Of a DNA stretch of 48,760 bases, positions 12,631-25,904 are shown piece after piece; position 1 is the first letter of the stretch, and each line of letters opens with the position of its first letter. Under the pieces are notes generated by a model that made no database searches, was not told the origin of the DNA, and was given only the letters and a program-made list of their open reading frames with translations. The stretch is taken from NCBI GenBank assembly GCA_030770535.1, contig JASVEC010000116.1:1-48760 (forward strand), read 5' to 3'. Source of the DNA: Batkoa obscura. Its lineage: Eukaryota. Position numbers and translations under genes: made by a program.

Positions 12631-14364
12631 ACTGAATATAATTAAAAGGGTCATCCTCTCTAGTTTGTTCCAGCTGTTTAAGTAAACAAAATGTTGGTTT
12701 ATCGATCATCCCAGATAGTGCTGGAATAACCACTTATGAAAACTTGGTCAATGCTGCCAAAAAATATAGTGATGATAAAGCTATATGATCAGGATATGAG
12801 TCTGATATTGAAAAAGCCAAAGAGATTGAAAGGAAAGTGGACATCAAGATCGTGAAAAATAAGCAAACCTGAAGTCTTATCAATTTTTGCCTTACAAATG
12901 GTTCATGTACAATCAATTAGCAAAAAATATCAGTTATATTGGTCCTGGACTCAAACATTTAGGTTTAGGTGGTGATAAGCGTTTAGCTTTATTTATACTA
13001 ACCAGCTCTTATTGAACTTCCATGGTTAATGCTGGTTATTCATAAAACATCGCTTTGATTACTATTATGATACCTAGATACTGAAGCGCTTAAACATGGA
13101 CTTAATGAATGTGCTATCACAACAGTATTTACAGGAACTGATCAGCTTAAAGTTATTCCTTCTGCTGTAAAAAACGTGCCAACCCTTAAAAGCATAATCT
13201 GTGATGGAAAGATCGATGAAAAACAAATACAAACGATTCTTTGTCATAATGATGAAATTTAATTTTACTCCTTTGAAGAAATGAATTAGGCAAAAGTAAC
13301 TAATACAAGCCCAGATGATATTGCTTTAGTTATATATACAAGTAGTATCACAAGTAGCCCAAAAGGCGTTGTATTAGCTCATAAAAATATATCCTAGTTA
13401 GTGACTATTATGATAACTTTTGTAATTATGTTTATTAACTAATTCCATAGCTTTTAGCATTTCCAAATTAGTTAATCCTATTGTTACTCTTTTACAAAAG
13501 ACTTATGTGCCCTTTTTACCATTATCGCATATTTTAGTTTTTAGTCCCAATTTCTATTGTCTTTAATATAATATTAAAATCCCTTATGTGACTCTCACTA
13601 ATGCTTCTGTAAGAAAGTGACATGGTGATTTATATGAAGCACGCCCAAATCTTATGGCTGGTGTACCACAAATCTATAATCCAATTCACAAAGGTGTATT
13701 AAATAAAATTAACAAAGCAAGGTCGATAGCACAAAATATATCTGATGTCTCAATGAGAACTAAGGAATACATTTCAAAGGTTACCTTACCTACATCCTTG
13801 TATTTAATAAAATCAAGAAATAAGTTGAGATGAATCAATAGATGCTTTAACTGCTAGTTTTCCTGTTTCTGATGAAGCCAGAGAGTTTTTCAGTAACATT
13901 ATATACCCTTTATTACAAGATTATCCCTTATTGGAGTATACGGTTTAGCATGTGTTAATACTCAAGATTGTTAGGTCCCGGATGCAGCTGGACAAATATC
14001 CCCTTACAACAAGTTCAAATTGGTTGATGTTCCAGAAGCAGGCTATTATTATGATAATGAATTACCACGAAGTGAACCTTGGCTTTATGGTAAGTCTGTC
14101 GCACAAGATTATTATAACGATGAAGCAGCAACTAAAGATGCCTTTACTGAAAATATTTAGTTCAAAACAGGAGATACTGTATAACTAAATAATAATTATA
14201 CCATTTCTACGATTGATTGTAAAAAAACTTCGTCAAGTTATTGAATAGAAAATAGATCACTTTGGAATTTTTAGGAAGTGTTTATTGTAATATTTTCTAT
14301 ATTCGAAAAATTTGCATATGTGCCGATTTTAAAATCTAAAATCGTTTCCCTTATTTAATCCAAT
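12631..14364 (+). pseudogene. Long-chain acyl-CoA synthetase (FAA1/ACSL-like) pseudogene
   Basis: Frame-broken motifs: IGPGLKHLGL; PDDIALVIYTSSITSSPKGVVLAHKN at 13311 (degenerate YTSGSTGxPKG); FLPLSHIL; GDLYEARPNLMAGVPQIY; KLVDVPEAGY; AFTENI*FKTGD. Many stops and frameshifts. Boundaries are approximate. Confidence 0.88.
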
Positions 14365-14368
14365 ATAC

Positions 14369-14467
14369 GGGGATGTTTTTTTTAGCTTCAGCATTTTTTT
14401 CATCTTTTAAGCGCTATTTGAGCGGAAAATTTGTTAGTAAAGTTCTTAAACACAAAAATACATCCCC
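14369..14467 (-). mobile_element. ~98-bp MITE
   Basis: GGGGATGT...ACATCCCC, flanks ATAC/ATAT. Confidence 0.9.
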
Positions 14468-15099
14468 ATATTTATAATCGATGTTGGATGGACCGCAGAC
14501 AATGGCTTATTGACAGCTTCACGAAAACTTAAGCACAAATCTAGTGGGGATCGCTTCAAGGAACAGTTAGCCATTGTGCACAATAAAGTGTGATTAAATA
14601 TTTAGATGATAGGAAGAAATATAATAATATGAGAATGTTTTCTATCAGTTATCTTTTTTTACTAATTTCCTAATATTTTAAATTAGTTAGCTAATACACC
14701 TGTCTAAGTTCAAACATCCGCTGCCTAGTGTTAAATTTTATAACTACTTATACTATTATCCTGATTTACAACTTGATGTTTAAACTTTTGTTATGAAATT
14801 AATAATTATTGAACCTACATCCGAGCTTAAATAACTCTATTAGTTGATCAATTTCAAAACTTTAAGAAACAGTAAAAATAGATAATTAATAAGAAAGATG
14901 CTTATATATGGGGTTGTCTGAATTAGTTTCATTATTTTATCCAATTTTTGAAAAATTTTGTATTTTAAAAACTTCGCTTAAAATTCTATAAAATCATATC
15001 TTTTATTAAAACAAAAGTAGCCAGACACAGTTATAAATCATTCTACTATAGTTTATCCCGTAAGTTAGTTTGAATTTTTACTAGATCTTAAATACATAT

Positions 15100-15198
15100 G
15101 GGGGATGTGTTTTTGTGTTTAAGGATTTTACAAACAATTTTTCTGCTCAAATAGCGCTTAAAAATGGAAAAAGTAATGAAACCAAAAAATACATCCCC
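15100..15198 (+). mobile_element. ~98-bp MITE nested in copy B
   Basis: TSD ATAT. Confidence 0.9.
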
Positions 15199-15415
15199 AT
15201 ATTCTTATAGAACTTTATTGAGAAATATTTATTATCAACTGCTTTATAACCAACATTCCAAGATTTGTTATCAAACAAATAGACTATTTTGATGTTATAA
15301 TTACATTATTAATATATTCCCAAGTTAATAAATAGCTGTGTGGGAGGGAGTGATTAGCCCCAAAACTATAATTAACCATCCCTATATAGTACAAGTAATA
15401 ATAGTTTTTACATAT

Positions 15416-15513
15416 GGGGCTGTTTTTTTTAGTTTCATTATTTTTCCATTTTTTAAGCGCTATTTATGTGGAAAAATTGTCAGTAAAATTCTTAAATACA
15501 AAAATACATCCCC
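15416..15513 (-). mobile_element. ~98-bp MITE nested in copy B
   Basis: TSD ATAT; same site and sequence as 18354-18451 in copy C. Confidence 0.92.
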
Positions 15514-16112
15514 ATATTATTACAGTTACTTGTTCTTTGACTATTTATTAACTTAGCTATTAATAACTTAAGTAATCCTAACATTTAACAATCTATTTCT
15601 ATCATTCAACAAACTACTTACTTGCTTAGTAAATATCGAAATTTTTAAATTCTCTGTTATTTTCGTAAGGTAAGCGGGATCGATCTTTTAATCCTTATAT
15701 TTTTTATAGACTCTATAACTTTAATTGGGACTATATCGCTTTTTTTTGATGTATCAGATACTGGATAACAATGTAGTTTATTGTTATGTTTAATAAAATG
15801 TAAATACTTCTTAATCCTTTGCATCTCTATTATTCTTTTTGTATTTTTGTTTCTTTTATACTTTTTAAAAATTATATCCGTTTTCCCATTATTAACAGTC
15901 GAGTTATTAATTTTATTATGCGCGCAAATAAAAGCCTCAAACCTTGAAATTAATTGATCGATATCTTCTATTTTACCTAACGCTTCAAAACTACTTTTCC
16001 ATTTTGAAAGGTTTCCAAAATGTCCATCAACTATACTTTTTCCATGATGCTCAGCAAAAAAATTAAGATTAACATTCAAACTACTATTTATTTTATGAAT
16101 TTCTAAACATAT

Positions 16113-16210
16113 GGGGATGTATTTTTGTGTTTAAGAATTTTACTAACAAATTTTCTACTTAAATAGCGCTTAAAAAATGGAAGAAATAATGAAGTCAAAA
16201 AAACGCCCCC
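16113..16210 (+). mobile_element. ~98-bp MITE terminating copy B
   Basis: ATAT on both flanks. Confidence 0.92.
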
Positions 16211-16835
16211 ATATAAATCATAATCAACTTGATTACAATGCTATAAATTAATTTTATAAACAAATTAAATGACTATTATATTATAACTAATTTTAGAGCT
16301 AATAAAGTAATACTTCACAACTATATATATTGAGCAAGATAAATACTAATAATATTGTAAAAAAGTTGAAAAAAAGCAGTTAAACCACTAATATTATTAA
16401 AAGTATAATTAGATATAAAGTATAATAAGCATCATTTGATAATTTATATCAAAATTAATTAAGTTGCTATTACTATTTTTTATTATTGCTAAAAAATGTG
16501 TAAAAACGACACCAAAAGTATATACACTTTTTATAAATTTTGATATATTAACTTAGTTTAAATTAAAGCTTTAAGATCTGGTTTAATTATAGTAACGACA
16601 ATGTTTTTATTACTATTGCTCATATTATACTTAAAAGTATTTAAATAAATTAAGTGTTAGTTTGGGGATTTAATTATATAAAATAAAAAAATAATTTGTA
16701 TTAATGATAAATTATGTAAAAGGTTAGAGTGTAAAATAATACAGTTAAAAAACGAAATAAATTCATCAAAATTAAATAAAATAAAACTCAAAATTTTAAA
16801 AAAAAAATTTAATACTTCATATTAAAGTAATATAT

Positions 16836-16934
16836 GGGAGTGTTTTTTTTGACTTCATTATTTTTTCCATTTTTTAAGCGCTATTTAAGTAGAAAATTTG
16901 TTAGTAAAATTCTTAAACACAAAAATACATCCCC
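16836..16934 (-). mobile_element. ~98-bp MITE at the start of copy C
   Basis: ATAT on both flanks; near-identical inverted partner of 16113-16210. Confidence 0.92.
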
Positions 16935-18667
16935 ATATGATTATTCAAAAACAAGTAATAATAGTAAAATATCAACATTACAACCTATTATTAAAAATAT
17001 AAAAAAAATTAAAGATGACCAAATTGAAACTATTATACAATATTTACTAAATGATTCAACTATTTCATCAAGATTTAATAAAAAAAATAATGATAGTAAA
17101 TATTCATCAGATAATATATATATATTAAATAAAAGTAGAAGAATGATTTATAGTAAATATTTCAATGATCTAAGAGATAAAGCAGTAGCTAGGTCAACGT
17201 TCTTTAAATATATACCAACTAATTTCAAAAATCCAGCAAGAAAAACGGATCTATGTAATATATGTACCCAGTATACAGTTAGAAAAAAGTTATTTGAAAA
17301 TAAAATAAATACAGCAAAAAACAAAGCAGAGATACAAGAAATTTTCAACGAAGAAGAAAAATTATACAAATTACATAAATTCTGTGTTGACACTCAAAAA
17401 AACATATTTAATAAAACCATTAAAAAATTAAATAATAAAAGTTGTATAATAGTTTTGGATTTTAAACAAAATATGGAAATAGGAACAAGACCAGATTTAA
17501 TAAATCTAGATGATTATAATAAACAAGCTATATCAGTATTAGGCTTTGGTGGTGTATTATAATTAAAAGATGATAAAACAATAGGCAAAGTTTACTTTGA
17601 TTATTTATCTGAAATATTGAATCATGATTCAGGATATGCAGGAGATTGTTTAATCGATTTAATCTTTACAGAGCTTCTATTTAAAAAGTTTACAAAAATT
17701 AATATATGGGCAGATACAGGAAATGATTTTAGATCCCAAGAGTTTCTACATTATATGTTCAAAGAAATTCATAAAATAGATAGTAGTTTGAATGTTAATC
17801 TTAATTTTTTTGCTGAGCATCATGGAAAAAGTATAGTTGATGGACATTTTGGGAACCTTTCAAAATGGAAAAGTAGTTTTGAAGCGTTAGGTAAAATAGA
17901 AGACATTAATCAATTAGTTTCAAGATTTGAGGCTTTTATTTGCGAGCATAATAAAATTAATAACTCGACTGTTAATAATGGGAAAACAGATATAATTTTT
18001 AAAAAGTATAAAAGAAACAAAAATACAAAAAGAATAATAGAGATGCAAAGGATTAAGAAGTATTTACATTTTATTAAACATAACAATAAACTACATTGTT
18101 ATCCAGTATCTGATACATCAAAAAAAAGCGATATAGTCCCAATTAAAGTTATAGAGTCTATAAAAAATATAAGGATTAAAAGATCGATCCCGCTTACCTT
18201 ACGAAAATAACAGAGAATTTAAAAATTTCGATATTTACTAAGCAAGTAAGTAGTTTGTTGAATGATAGAAATAGATTGTTAAATGTTAGGATTACTTAAG
18301 TTATTAATAGCTAAGTTAATAAATAGTCAAAGAACAAGTAACTGTAATAATATGGGGATGTATTTTTGTATTTAAGAATTTTACTGACAATTTTTCCACA
18401 TAAATAGCGCTTAAAAAATGGAAAAATAATGAAACTAAAAAAAACAGCCCCATATGTAAAAACTATTATTACTTGTACTATATAGGGATGGTTAATTATA
18501 GTTTTGGGGCTAATCACTCCCTCCCACACAGCTATTTATTAACTTGGGAATATATTAATAATGTAATTATAACATCAAAATAGTCTATTTGTTTGATAAC
18601 AAATCTTGGAATGTTGGTTATAAAGCAGTTGATAATAAATATTTCTCAATAAAGTTTTATAAGAATA
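16935..18667 (+). mobile_element. Sola2-like copy C (internal fragment with the most complete catalytic region, no intact TIR)
   Basis: ORFs 16834-17562 and 17617-18210 are in the same frame, separated by one TAT>TAA stop. Contains VLDFKQN, WADTG and HGKSIVDG. Begins exactly at the end of the MITE at 16934. Confidence 0.88.
18354..18451 (+). mobile_element. ~98-bp MITE nested in copy C
   Basis: TSD ATAT. Confidence 0.92.
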
Positions 18668-18760
18668 GATGCCTATGTACATACTCATAATATAATAACT
18701 TTGATTAATATCAACATATATATTACATTGGTAAAAGCCTTGTTAATCTATGGATTTTTA

Positions 18761-18900
18761 TTAGATCTAGTAGAAATTAGCTTAGCTTATAATATAAACT
18801 ATAATAGAATAGTTTAAACTAACCCTGTTGCATACTCTCGTTTTTAATAAAAAAGTTGTTATAGGATTTTAAGCAAAGTTTTTAAAATGCAGAGATATTC
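18761..18900 (+). mobile_element. Diverged relic of the Sola2-like right end
   Basis: agatctagtagaaatt...aactataatagaat...ttttaagcaaagtttttaaaa aligns by eye to 28403-28530. Confidence 0.65.
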
Positions 18901-21900
18901 AAAGACAAAAAAATAAATCCAAACTCATCACAAAATGTCTTCTTTTTCATTGCAAAACCCTAAAATTTCTTTCTTTTTTACTTTTAGTATAAATTGAAGG
19001 CAGCTTTTTAACTTTGGAATAAAAGTGATATTAAAAATCCAAGCTTTCTAAAACAACACTAGATCAATTTAAAATCAAATAAGCTTAGATAAGTCAAACT
19101 ATGAAAATCCATTTTTCATTAATCAAATTCATACTTCAAATAAATCTAGCTCCTTTAAATAGTCTTGTAAGCTTAAGAACTTTGTTTTCCATACCAAAAC
19201 TAATCTCAAAATTTAAATTCACAATAGCCAGACAGAAAAAGTAATAGATATGACATAACTTTAAAATTAAATTTTAGAAAGCCAATATTGAGAGGATTTG
19301 TAGTTTTATCAAATTAACATTAGTGAAGTGCCGAAAGTTTTAAAACTAGACATATAATAATATCGTATTTATAAAAGTAATAGACTAAACGATATATAAA
19401 TGTTTATTTAATAGCCCACTTTCCATAATGTAAATTTAAAATAAAGCATAATACAGTTTAAAGCAATTTGGATCCTAGAGATACAAATACTCAAAACGAG
19501 ATGATTGTTCTAAACTTGCAAAAAAGTAAACGATGTAAAATATAAATGCCAAATAATTTAACTATTCAAAGGGGTGTTCTGGGATTAAAAATTAATATCA
19601 ATAGACTTTGACAGAATAAATAACTATAGCTTATTTGATACAGAACATAATATTTATACTTTGCACCTGGAGTGGAATGCTGTATATAAAAAACATAACA
19701 TTAACTTTTATCATAATTATATCACTAATGGGTACCTTATGCTTCTTTTCTATGATTCGATTCAAATAAATGAATTTGTTATTTATTTACCGAAAAATTA
19801 TACAAAAAGTTTAAGTAAATTTTATCCATCTAAATAAGATTTTGTTATAAATAATATTACTAAGCATTAAACCACTTTATAACAAAAAAGCCTTTAATTT
19901 TAATATCTTTCCAACTAACTAGAAGAAAAAATAGCTGCTATATCCATACCAATAACAAATTTATGTTTAGCGAATATGCACAAAATAATAATAAAGAAGC
20001 ATAAAAAGCTTTGTATAGATGATATCAGACATAACTGTTTGAATATGTGAAAGTTGTATAAAAATTATTTCTTTTACTATTCAAAATATACCTTTCAAAT
20101 CAAATCCCTACCATCTTATTACTGTCTTTTTTAATTTAATTTATTATCTTATTTTATTTTTACCATATAAGCCTGGTCGTCTTACTTATTAATAATTACA
20201 ATGTAATTTCTATATAGTTTAGTTATAAATTATACATATTGGATCAGACTGTTGATTTTATAACTTTACACAGACTTAGTTATATATAGCGCCAGCGCAT
20301 CTTTACATTTGATAAAACAATTGTAATAAAGGTGGCCTGTCTATCATCTTATACAACAGTTCCTATCTGTATTAAAGTTAATTCGTTTTTCCTAATTTTT
20401 AATTGAAAAAATAACAAATTAAATCGCCTATTACAAAATTTTCTAAGCCAAGTAGTTCTATAATAATCCTATCGATATTTCTTTTAACTTTAATTTTGCC
20501 AAAACTTTAAAATGTTAGCTTAGTGTAAGTTACCAACCATTTTTAGTTAGTTTGACTAAATAAATATGATAGTTTAATTTGGTTTGTTTTATAGTCAATG
20601 GCGCAAAAGAAATGGATAAACCGGGATGTTTCATGTTTCTACTATCCAACATAAGGAGCTTTTAGTATATTACGTAAACTAAGTATCTATCTATAAGCTA
20701 AATGCTAGACGAATAAATTTATCTTTAAAAGGGTTGTATTATTTTTTATACATATTCTCAAAATTTTAAATACCATTTCTTACTCTTTCTTTGAACCCTG
20801 CTGTTGCTTCTGGAATAATAAAAAGAGTAGAAATGGATTATCTAATAAAAATTAACCTAACTAGTTTCAAAACCATTGAGTTTTAATTAGTAAAATTAGT
20901 AGACATTATTTATTGAGATACTACTCAGAAACATTTATATTTACAGAACATATAAAAGTTTACCTTAGTTTAGAACAACTCTGCTTTAATCATTTATAAA
21001 ATAACTAATAGCTATAGTAATATATTTCTTTTGAGCGAAAAAAGTCGTTTAAAATGTATAAGGTCTCTATTATCTATACATAGTGTAAAAAGTATATTTA
21101 ACAAGATAAAGTTATGTATCATTATTCTATTTTATTTTATTCTAGCTCCGTCGGTATTACTTTGTAATTTTAAAAAAAATTTAAACTAGGTATCATTAAA
21201 TTAACAATATGTTTTGTAATATTGTAAGTTTTTAAGAAGTAGAATATTTGCAGATAATTTTAATTCTTTAATATATTGGATAATTTCAATAAAAATTTAA
21301 TATACAAAATTGTAACTGCTTTTAATATATTTATAAAAAGCACATTATCTTATCTTGGACAATAGGCCCTATCCATCATATTTAGCACGCTATCGAAATA
21401 ACTCATGTTATGATACAGTCGTCTGCTTATCTCTATTGCCTAAAAAGTTATAATACTTGTTGTTAATAGGGCCCAAGTTAGATCAATTTTAGATACTCTA
21501 CTATCTAGGCTACTATTTAGGACATATTAGAGCATTTTTAGTAGTTTTCATTAGGTTTATAAATATCGAAACTGTATGATTTTGTTAACTTTGTTAACTT
21601 TAAGGCTTATATTATATTTTTATTTATCTGGATAATTTTTTTAGAATAATTATAAAGTATAACTATCCCAAGGAAATACATACAATATAATTACTACAAA
21701 ATAAGTTTTACACATACAGAGTGTCTAGACATTTTAGCAGTAGTCTAATATAATTATTTTTGTATTTTAATAAAGTTATATATAAGTAATAAGAATGTTT
21801 AGAATTATTTTTTAGTTAAATTTTATTTGTAGCAATTAAACTACCCGGATCTATATATATCAAAAATAGTTTATTAAAATTGGAAAATAGAAAGCAATAC

Positions 21901-22146
21901 AAAAGCTATTTATTTTGGTAAATTTATTTTAAAATTTTTTAAATGTTTTTTTGATGTTTTGTCTATTGCAGATTTAATTTTCTTTTTAAGTAGTTTAAAT
22001 AATAGAGAAGCGCAATGTTATGAAAGTTTTTGATAAATTTTTGGCAGAATTTATTAATTTTAAAAACTTCATATCTCAAAAACTTAAAAACATTAGTTCT
22101 AGGCCTTGGAAGAAAAAGCATTGAATTATAAAATAATTTAATATCT

Positions 22147-22247
22147 GGCGAAATCTTTTTTACTTCATTACTTTCTCATCTTTTGAGCCACTATTTGAGC
22201 GAAAAATTTATTAGTAAAATCCTTCTAGAGACAAAATATATTCCACC
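22147..22247 (-). mobile_element. Degenerate ~98-bp MITE
   Basis: cttcattactttct...ctatttgagcgaaaaatt...ttagtaaaat core retained, ends decayed. Confidence 0.7.
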
Positions 22248-22770
22248 ATTTGCTTGTTTTATAAAAAGAATTCAAGTTAAAAAAGAAAACAGAAGTTTTC
22301 TAGAACTATAATTAAAAAAAGTGGTATCAATCAACTTTATCAAGTATTAATAAATAAGCACTTAACAATTATATACCTACTAACTATATCATTAGGATCC
22401 TCAAAAATATCCAAGTGATTTATATCTAGTTTGAATAAAGTTGATTAGAGTGCCATTGTTAAATTTAAAACAAGATTTATCTTTTGTTATGATTGTATTT
22501 ATATAATAGAATCAACAAAACTTACTCTATTGTCTAAATTTAAAAGTATCTTTTTATTAAGAAATTTTGATAGTGACTATAACAACATTTTTAAAACTAA
22601 AAGCTAGATGTTTTGTATTTTGGTAAAGATAAAGGAGTTTATTTGAATGAGACAGGAATACTTAATGTGTTATTGACTATTAGCCAGTGCTATGTGGTTT
22701 TATTCAAACAACCAAAATAAGTTTAGCAAATTTCATTTATTGTTTCAAAATTGGAGGAGTATTAACATAT

Positions 22771-24531
22771 GGAGTTGTCTGAGTTAGTTTCATTATTTTA
22801 TCCAATTTTTCAAAAATTTTGTTTTAAAAACTTCGCTTAAAATTCTATAAAATCATCTTTTATTAAAACAAAAGTACCCCCAGACACAGTTATAAATCAT
22901 TCGATTATAGTTCATACTGTAAGTTACTTGAATTTCTACTAGATCTTAAATACATGTTCTTATAAAGCTTAATTGAGAAATATTTATTATCAACTGCTTT
23001 ATAACCAACATTGCAGATTTATTATCAAATAAATAATCTATTTTAATGTTATAATTACATTATTAATATATTCCCAAGTTAATAAATAGCTGTGTGGGAG
23101 GGAGTGATTAGCCCCAAAACTATAATTAACCATCCCTATATAGTACAAGTAATAATAGTTTTTACATATTATTACAGTTACTTGTTCTTTGACTATTTAT
23201 TAACTTAGCTATTAATAACTTAAGTAATCCTAACATTTAACAATCTATTTCTATCATTCAACAAACTACTTACTTGCTTAGTAAATATCGAAATTTTTAA
23301 ATTCTCTGTTATTTTCGTAAGGTAAGCTGGGGATCGATCTTTTAATTTTTCTATTTTCTATAGACTCTATAACTCTAACAGCAACGTAGTTTATTGTTAT
23401 GTTTAATAAAATGTAAATACTTCTTAATCCTTTGCATCTCTATTATTCTTTTTGTATTTTTGTTTCTTTTATACTTTTTAAAAATTATATCCGTTTTCCC
23501 ATTATTAACAGTCGAGTTATTAATTTTATTATGCTCGCAAATAAAAGCTTCAAATCTTGAAACTAATTGATTAATGTCTTCTATTTTACCTAACGCTTCA
23601 AAACTACTTTTCCATTTTGAAAGGTTTCCAAAATGTCCATCAACTATACTTTTTCCATGATGCTCAGCAAAAAAATTAAGATTAACATTCAAACTACTAT
23701 CTATTTTATGAATTTCTTTGAACATATAATGTAGAAACTCTTGGGATCTAAAATCATTTCCTGTATCTGCCCATATATTAATTTTGTAAACTTTTTAAAT
23801 AGAAGCTCTGTAAAGATTAAATCGATTAAACAATCTCCTGCATATCCTGAATCATGATTCAATATTTCAGATAAATAATCAAAGTAAACTTTGCCTATTG
23901 TTTTATCATCTTTTAAATATAATACACCAAAGCCTAATACTGATATAGCTTGTTTATTATAATCATCTAGATTTATTGAATCTGGTCTTGTTCCTATTTC
24001 CATATTTTGTTTAAAATCTAAAATTATTATGAAGATGTATTTTTGTATTTGAGAATTTTACTATCGATTTTTCCACTCAAATAGTGCTTAAAAGATAGAA
24101 AAATAATGAAGCCAAAAAAAACATCCTCTTATACAACTTCTATTTAATTTTTTAATAGTTTCATTAAATGTGTTTTTTTGAGTATCAACACAGAATTTAT
24201 GTAATTTGTATAATTTTTCTTCTTCGTTGAAAATTTCTTGTATCTCTGCTTTGTTTTTTGCTGTATTTATTTTATTTTCAAATAACTTTTTTCTAACTGT
24301 ATACTGAGCACATATATTACATAGATCCGTTTTTCTTGCTGGATTTTTAAAATCACTTGGTATATATTTAAAAAGTGTTGACCTAGCTACTGCTTTATCT
24401 CTTAGATCATTCAAATATTTACTATATATCATTGTTCTACTTTTATTTAATATATATATTATTTGATGAATATTTACTATCATTATTTTTTTTATTAAAT
24501 CTTGATGAAATAGTTGAATCATTTAGTAAAC
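22771..24531 (-). mobile_element. Sola2-like copy D (right end plus most of transposase, truncated at a MITE)
   Basis: ATAT then GGAGTTGTCTGAGTTAGTTTC. Transposase fragments at 24088-24522, 23701-24003 and 23375-23725. Internal MITE at 24031. The copy ends at the MITE at 24532. Confidence 0.9.
24031..24128 (+). mobile_element. ~98-bp MITE nested in copy D
   Basis: TSD TTAT/TTAT, ends GAAG...CCTC. Confidence 0.88.
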
Positions 24532-24630
24532 GGGGATGTATTTTTGTGATTAAGAATTTTACTAACAACTTTTCCGCTTAAATAGCACTTGAAAGATAGA
24601 GAAAGTAATGAAGCCAAAAAAAACACCCTC
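24532..24630 (+). mobile_element. ~98-bp MITE terminating copy D
   Basis: Flanks AAAC/ATAT (non-matching). Confidence 0.9.
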
Positions 24631-25127
24631 ATATGTTTAATGTAAGTTAGAAAAACAGTTATTAATTTTAAAACAAAAATGGTGCTATGTTTATAAACTC
24701 AACTTTGATAAAGTTTTTAGCTTCTCAACCAAGCTTTTATATACTTTGTAGCTGACAGTATTAAATTTTTAAATCTATGAGTTAGTTAACTATTCGGCTG
24801 TACATGTTAAGCAAGAATATTATTGTTATTGGAAATATGTATGAAAATAACATTAAAAAGTATCTATACTTTTTAAAATCTTAATAAATCAGGTTGATTT
24901 AAGGCTCTAATATCTGGTTTAATTATAACGACAATTTAATCTTTTTTATTATTATTACTTATATTAGATTAATAGTTGTTAATGATATTTAAATAAATAT
25001 TAAATATCTGCAAAATAAAGAACAAGCTGGTATTTTCTATAAAAAATAATTAATTAAATAGTAGATTTAAGGATTTGATTATATGATAAAAACTATATAA
25101 AAGGTATAAAGCTACTGACTAGGATAT

Positions 25128-25225
25128 GGGAATGTATTTTTTCGTTTAAGAATTTTACTAACAAATTTTTCACTTAAATAGCGCTTAAAAAATGGAAAAG
25201 TAACGGAATCAAAAAAAACATCCCC
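25128..25225 (+). mobile_element. ~98-bp MITE
   Basis: TSD ATAT. Confidence 0.9.
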
Positions 25226-25324
25226 ATATATAGTTATAACTTTTTTTAAATTATCAAATCATGAGAAGTGATATTTTATTTACATTTCACTTTTTATAAT
25301 TTAAAGATAATAAACCTAATATTT

Positions 25325-25422
25325 AGAGATGCGTTTTTGTGTTTAAGAATTTTAACTGATAATTTTTCTGCTCAAATAAGCACTTAAAAGGTAAAAGTAA
25401 TAAACCCCAGAAAAACACCTAG
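25325..25422 (+). mobile_element. Degenerate ~98-bp MITE
   Basis: Internal match, ATTT on both flanks. Confidence 0.75.
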
Positions 25423-25904
25423 ATTTATAAATATAAAAGTTTTTAAGTGATATTAGTAAATGAAATGGTATTGTTGATTTATTGATTTAGTTTTTTTAAA
25501 ATTAGCTAAATTAGTAATTATTGGACACTCTATTTCAGCTTTTCATTATTCAAAAACTGATAACATAATTAAAAAAAGCGAATAATCTTTTAGTAAAAAT
25601 AAAAAAATCATTATATAACATAATACAAGCTTTTAAAATGGCTTCTTTTATTCCACTATTTAACTTGTAAGTGCTTTATTTGTGATACTATATTGTGTAG
25701 CAAAAACACCAGTTTACTTATTTTCTATATATTGTGGAAATTAATGCAAATATATTTATAATATTTATTTAATCAAACTATAATTACATAAAACAAATAA
25801 AGCTGGTTTTTATGTCAACTTACATATAAAAGAAGCTATTATTTAACAATCAGCAATAGTTGCATAAACCAAAAATCTATACTTACTATACTCCTATATA
25901 ATAT

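Larger units (their letters stand above)
14910..16112 (-). mobile_element. Sola2-like copy B (right end plus 3' third of transposase, truncated at a MITE)
   Basis: ATAT then GGGGTTGTCTGAATTAGTTTC at 14910. ORF 15657-16079 contains HHGKSIVDGHFG. The copy ends exactly at the MITE at 16113. Confidence 0.9.
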
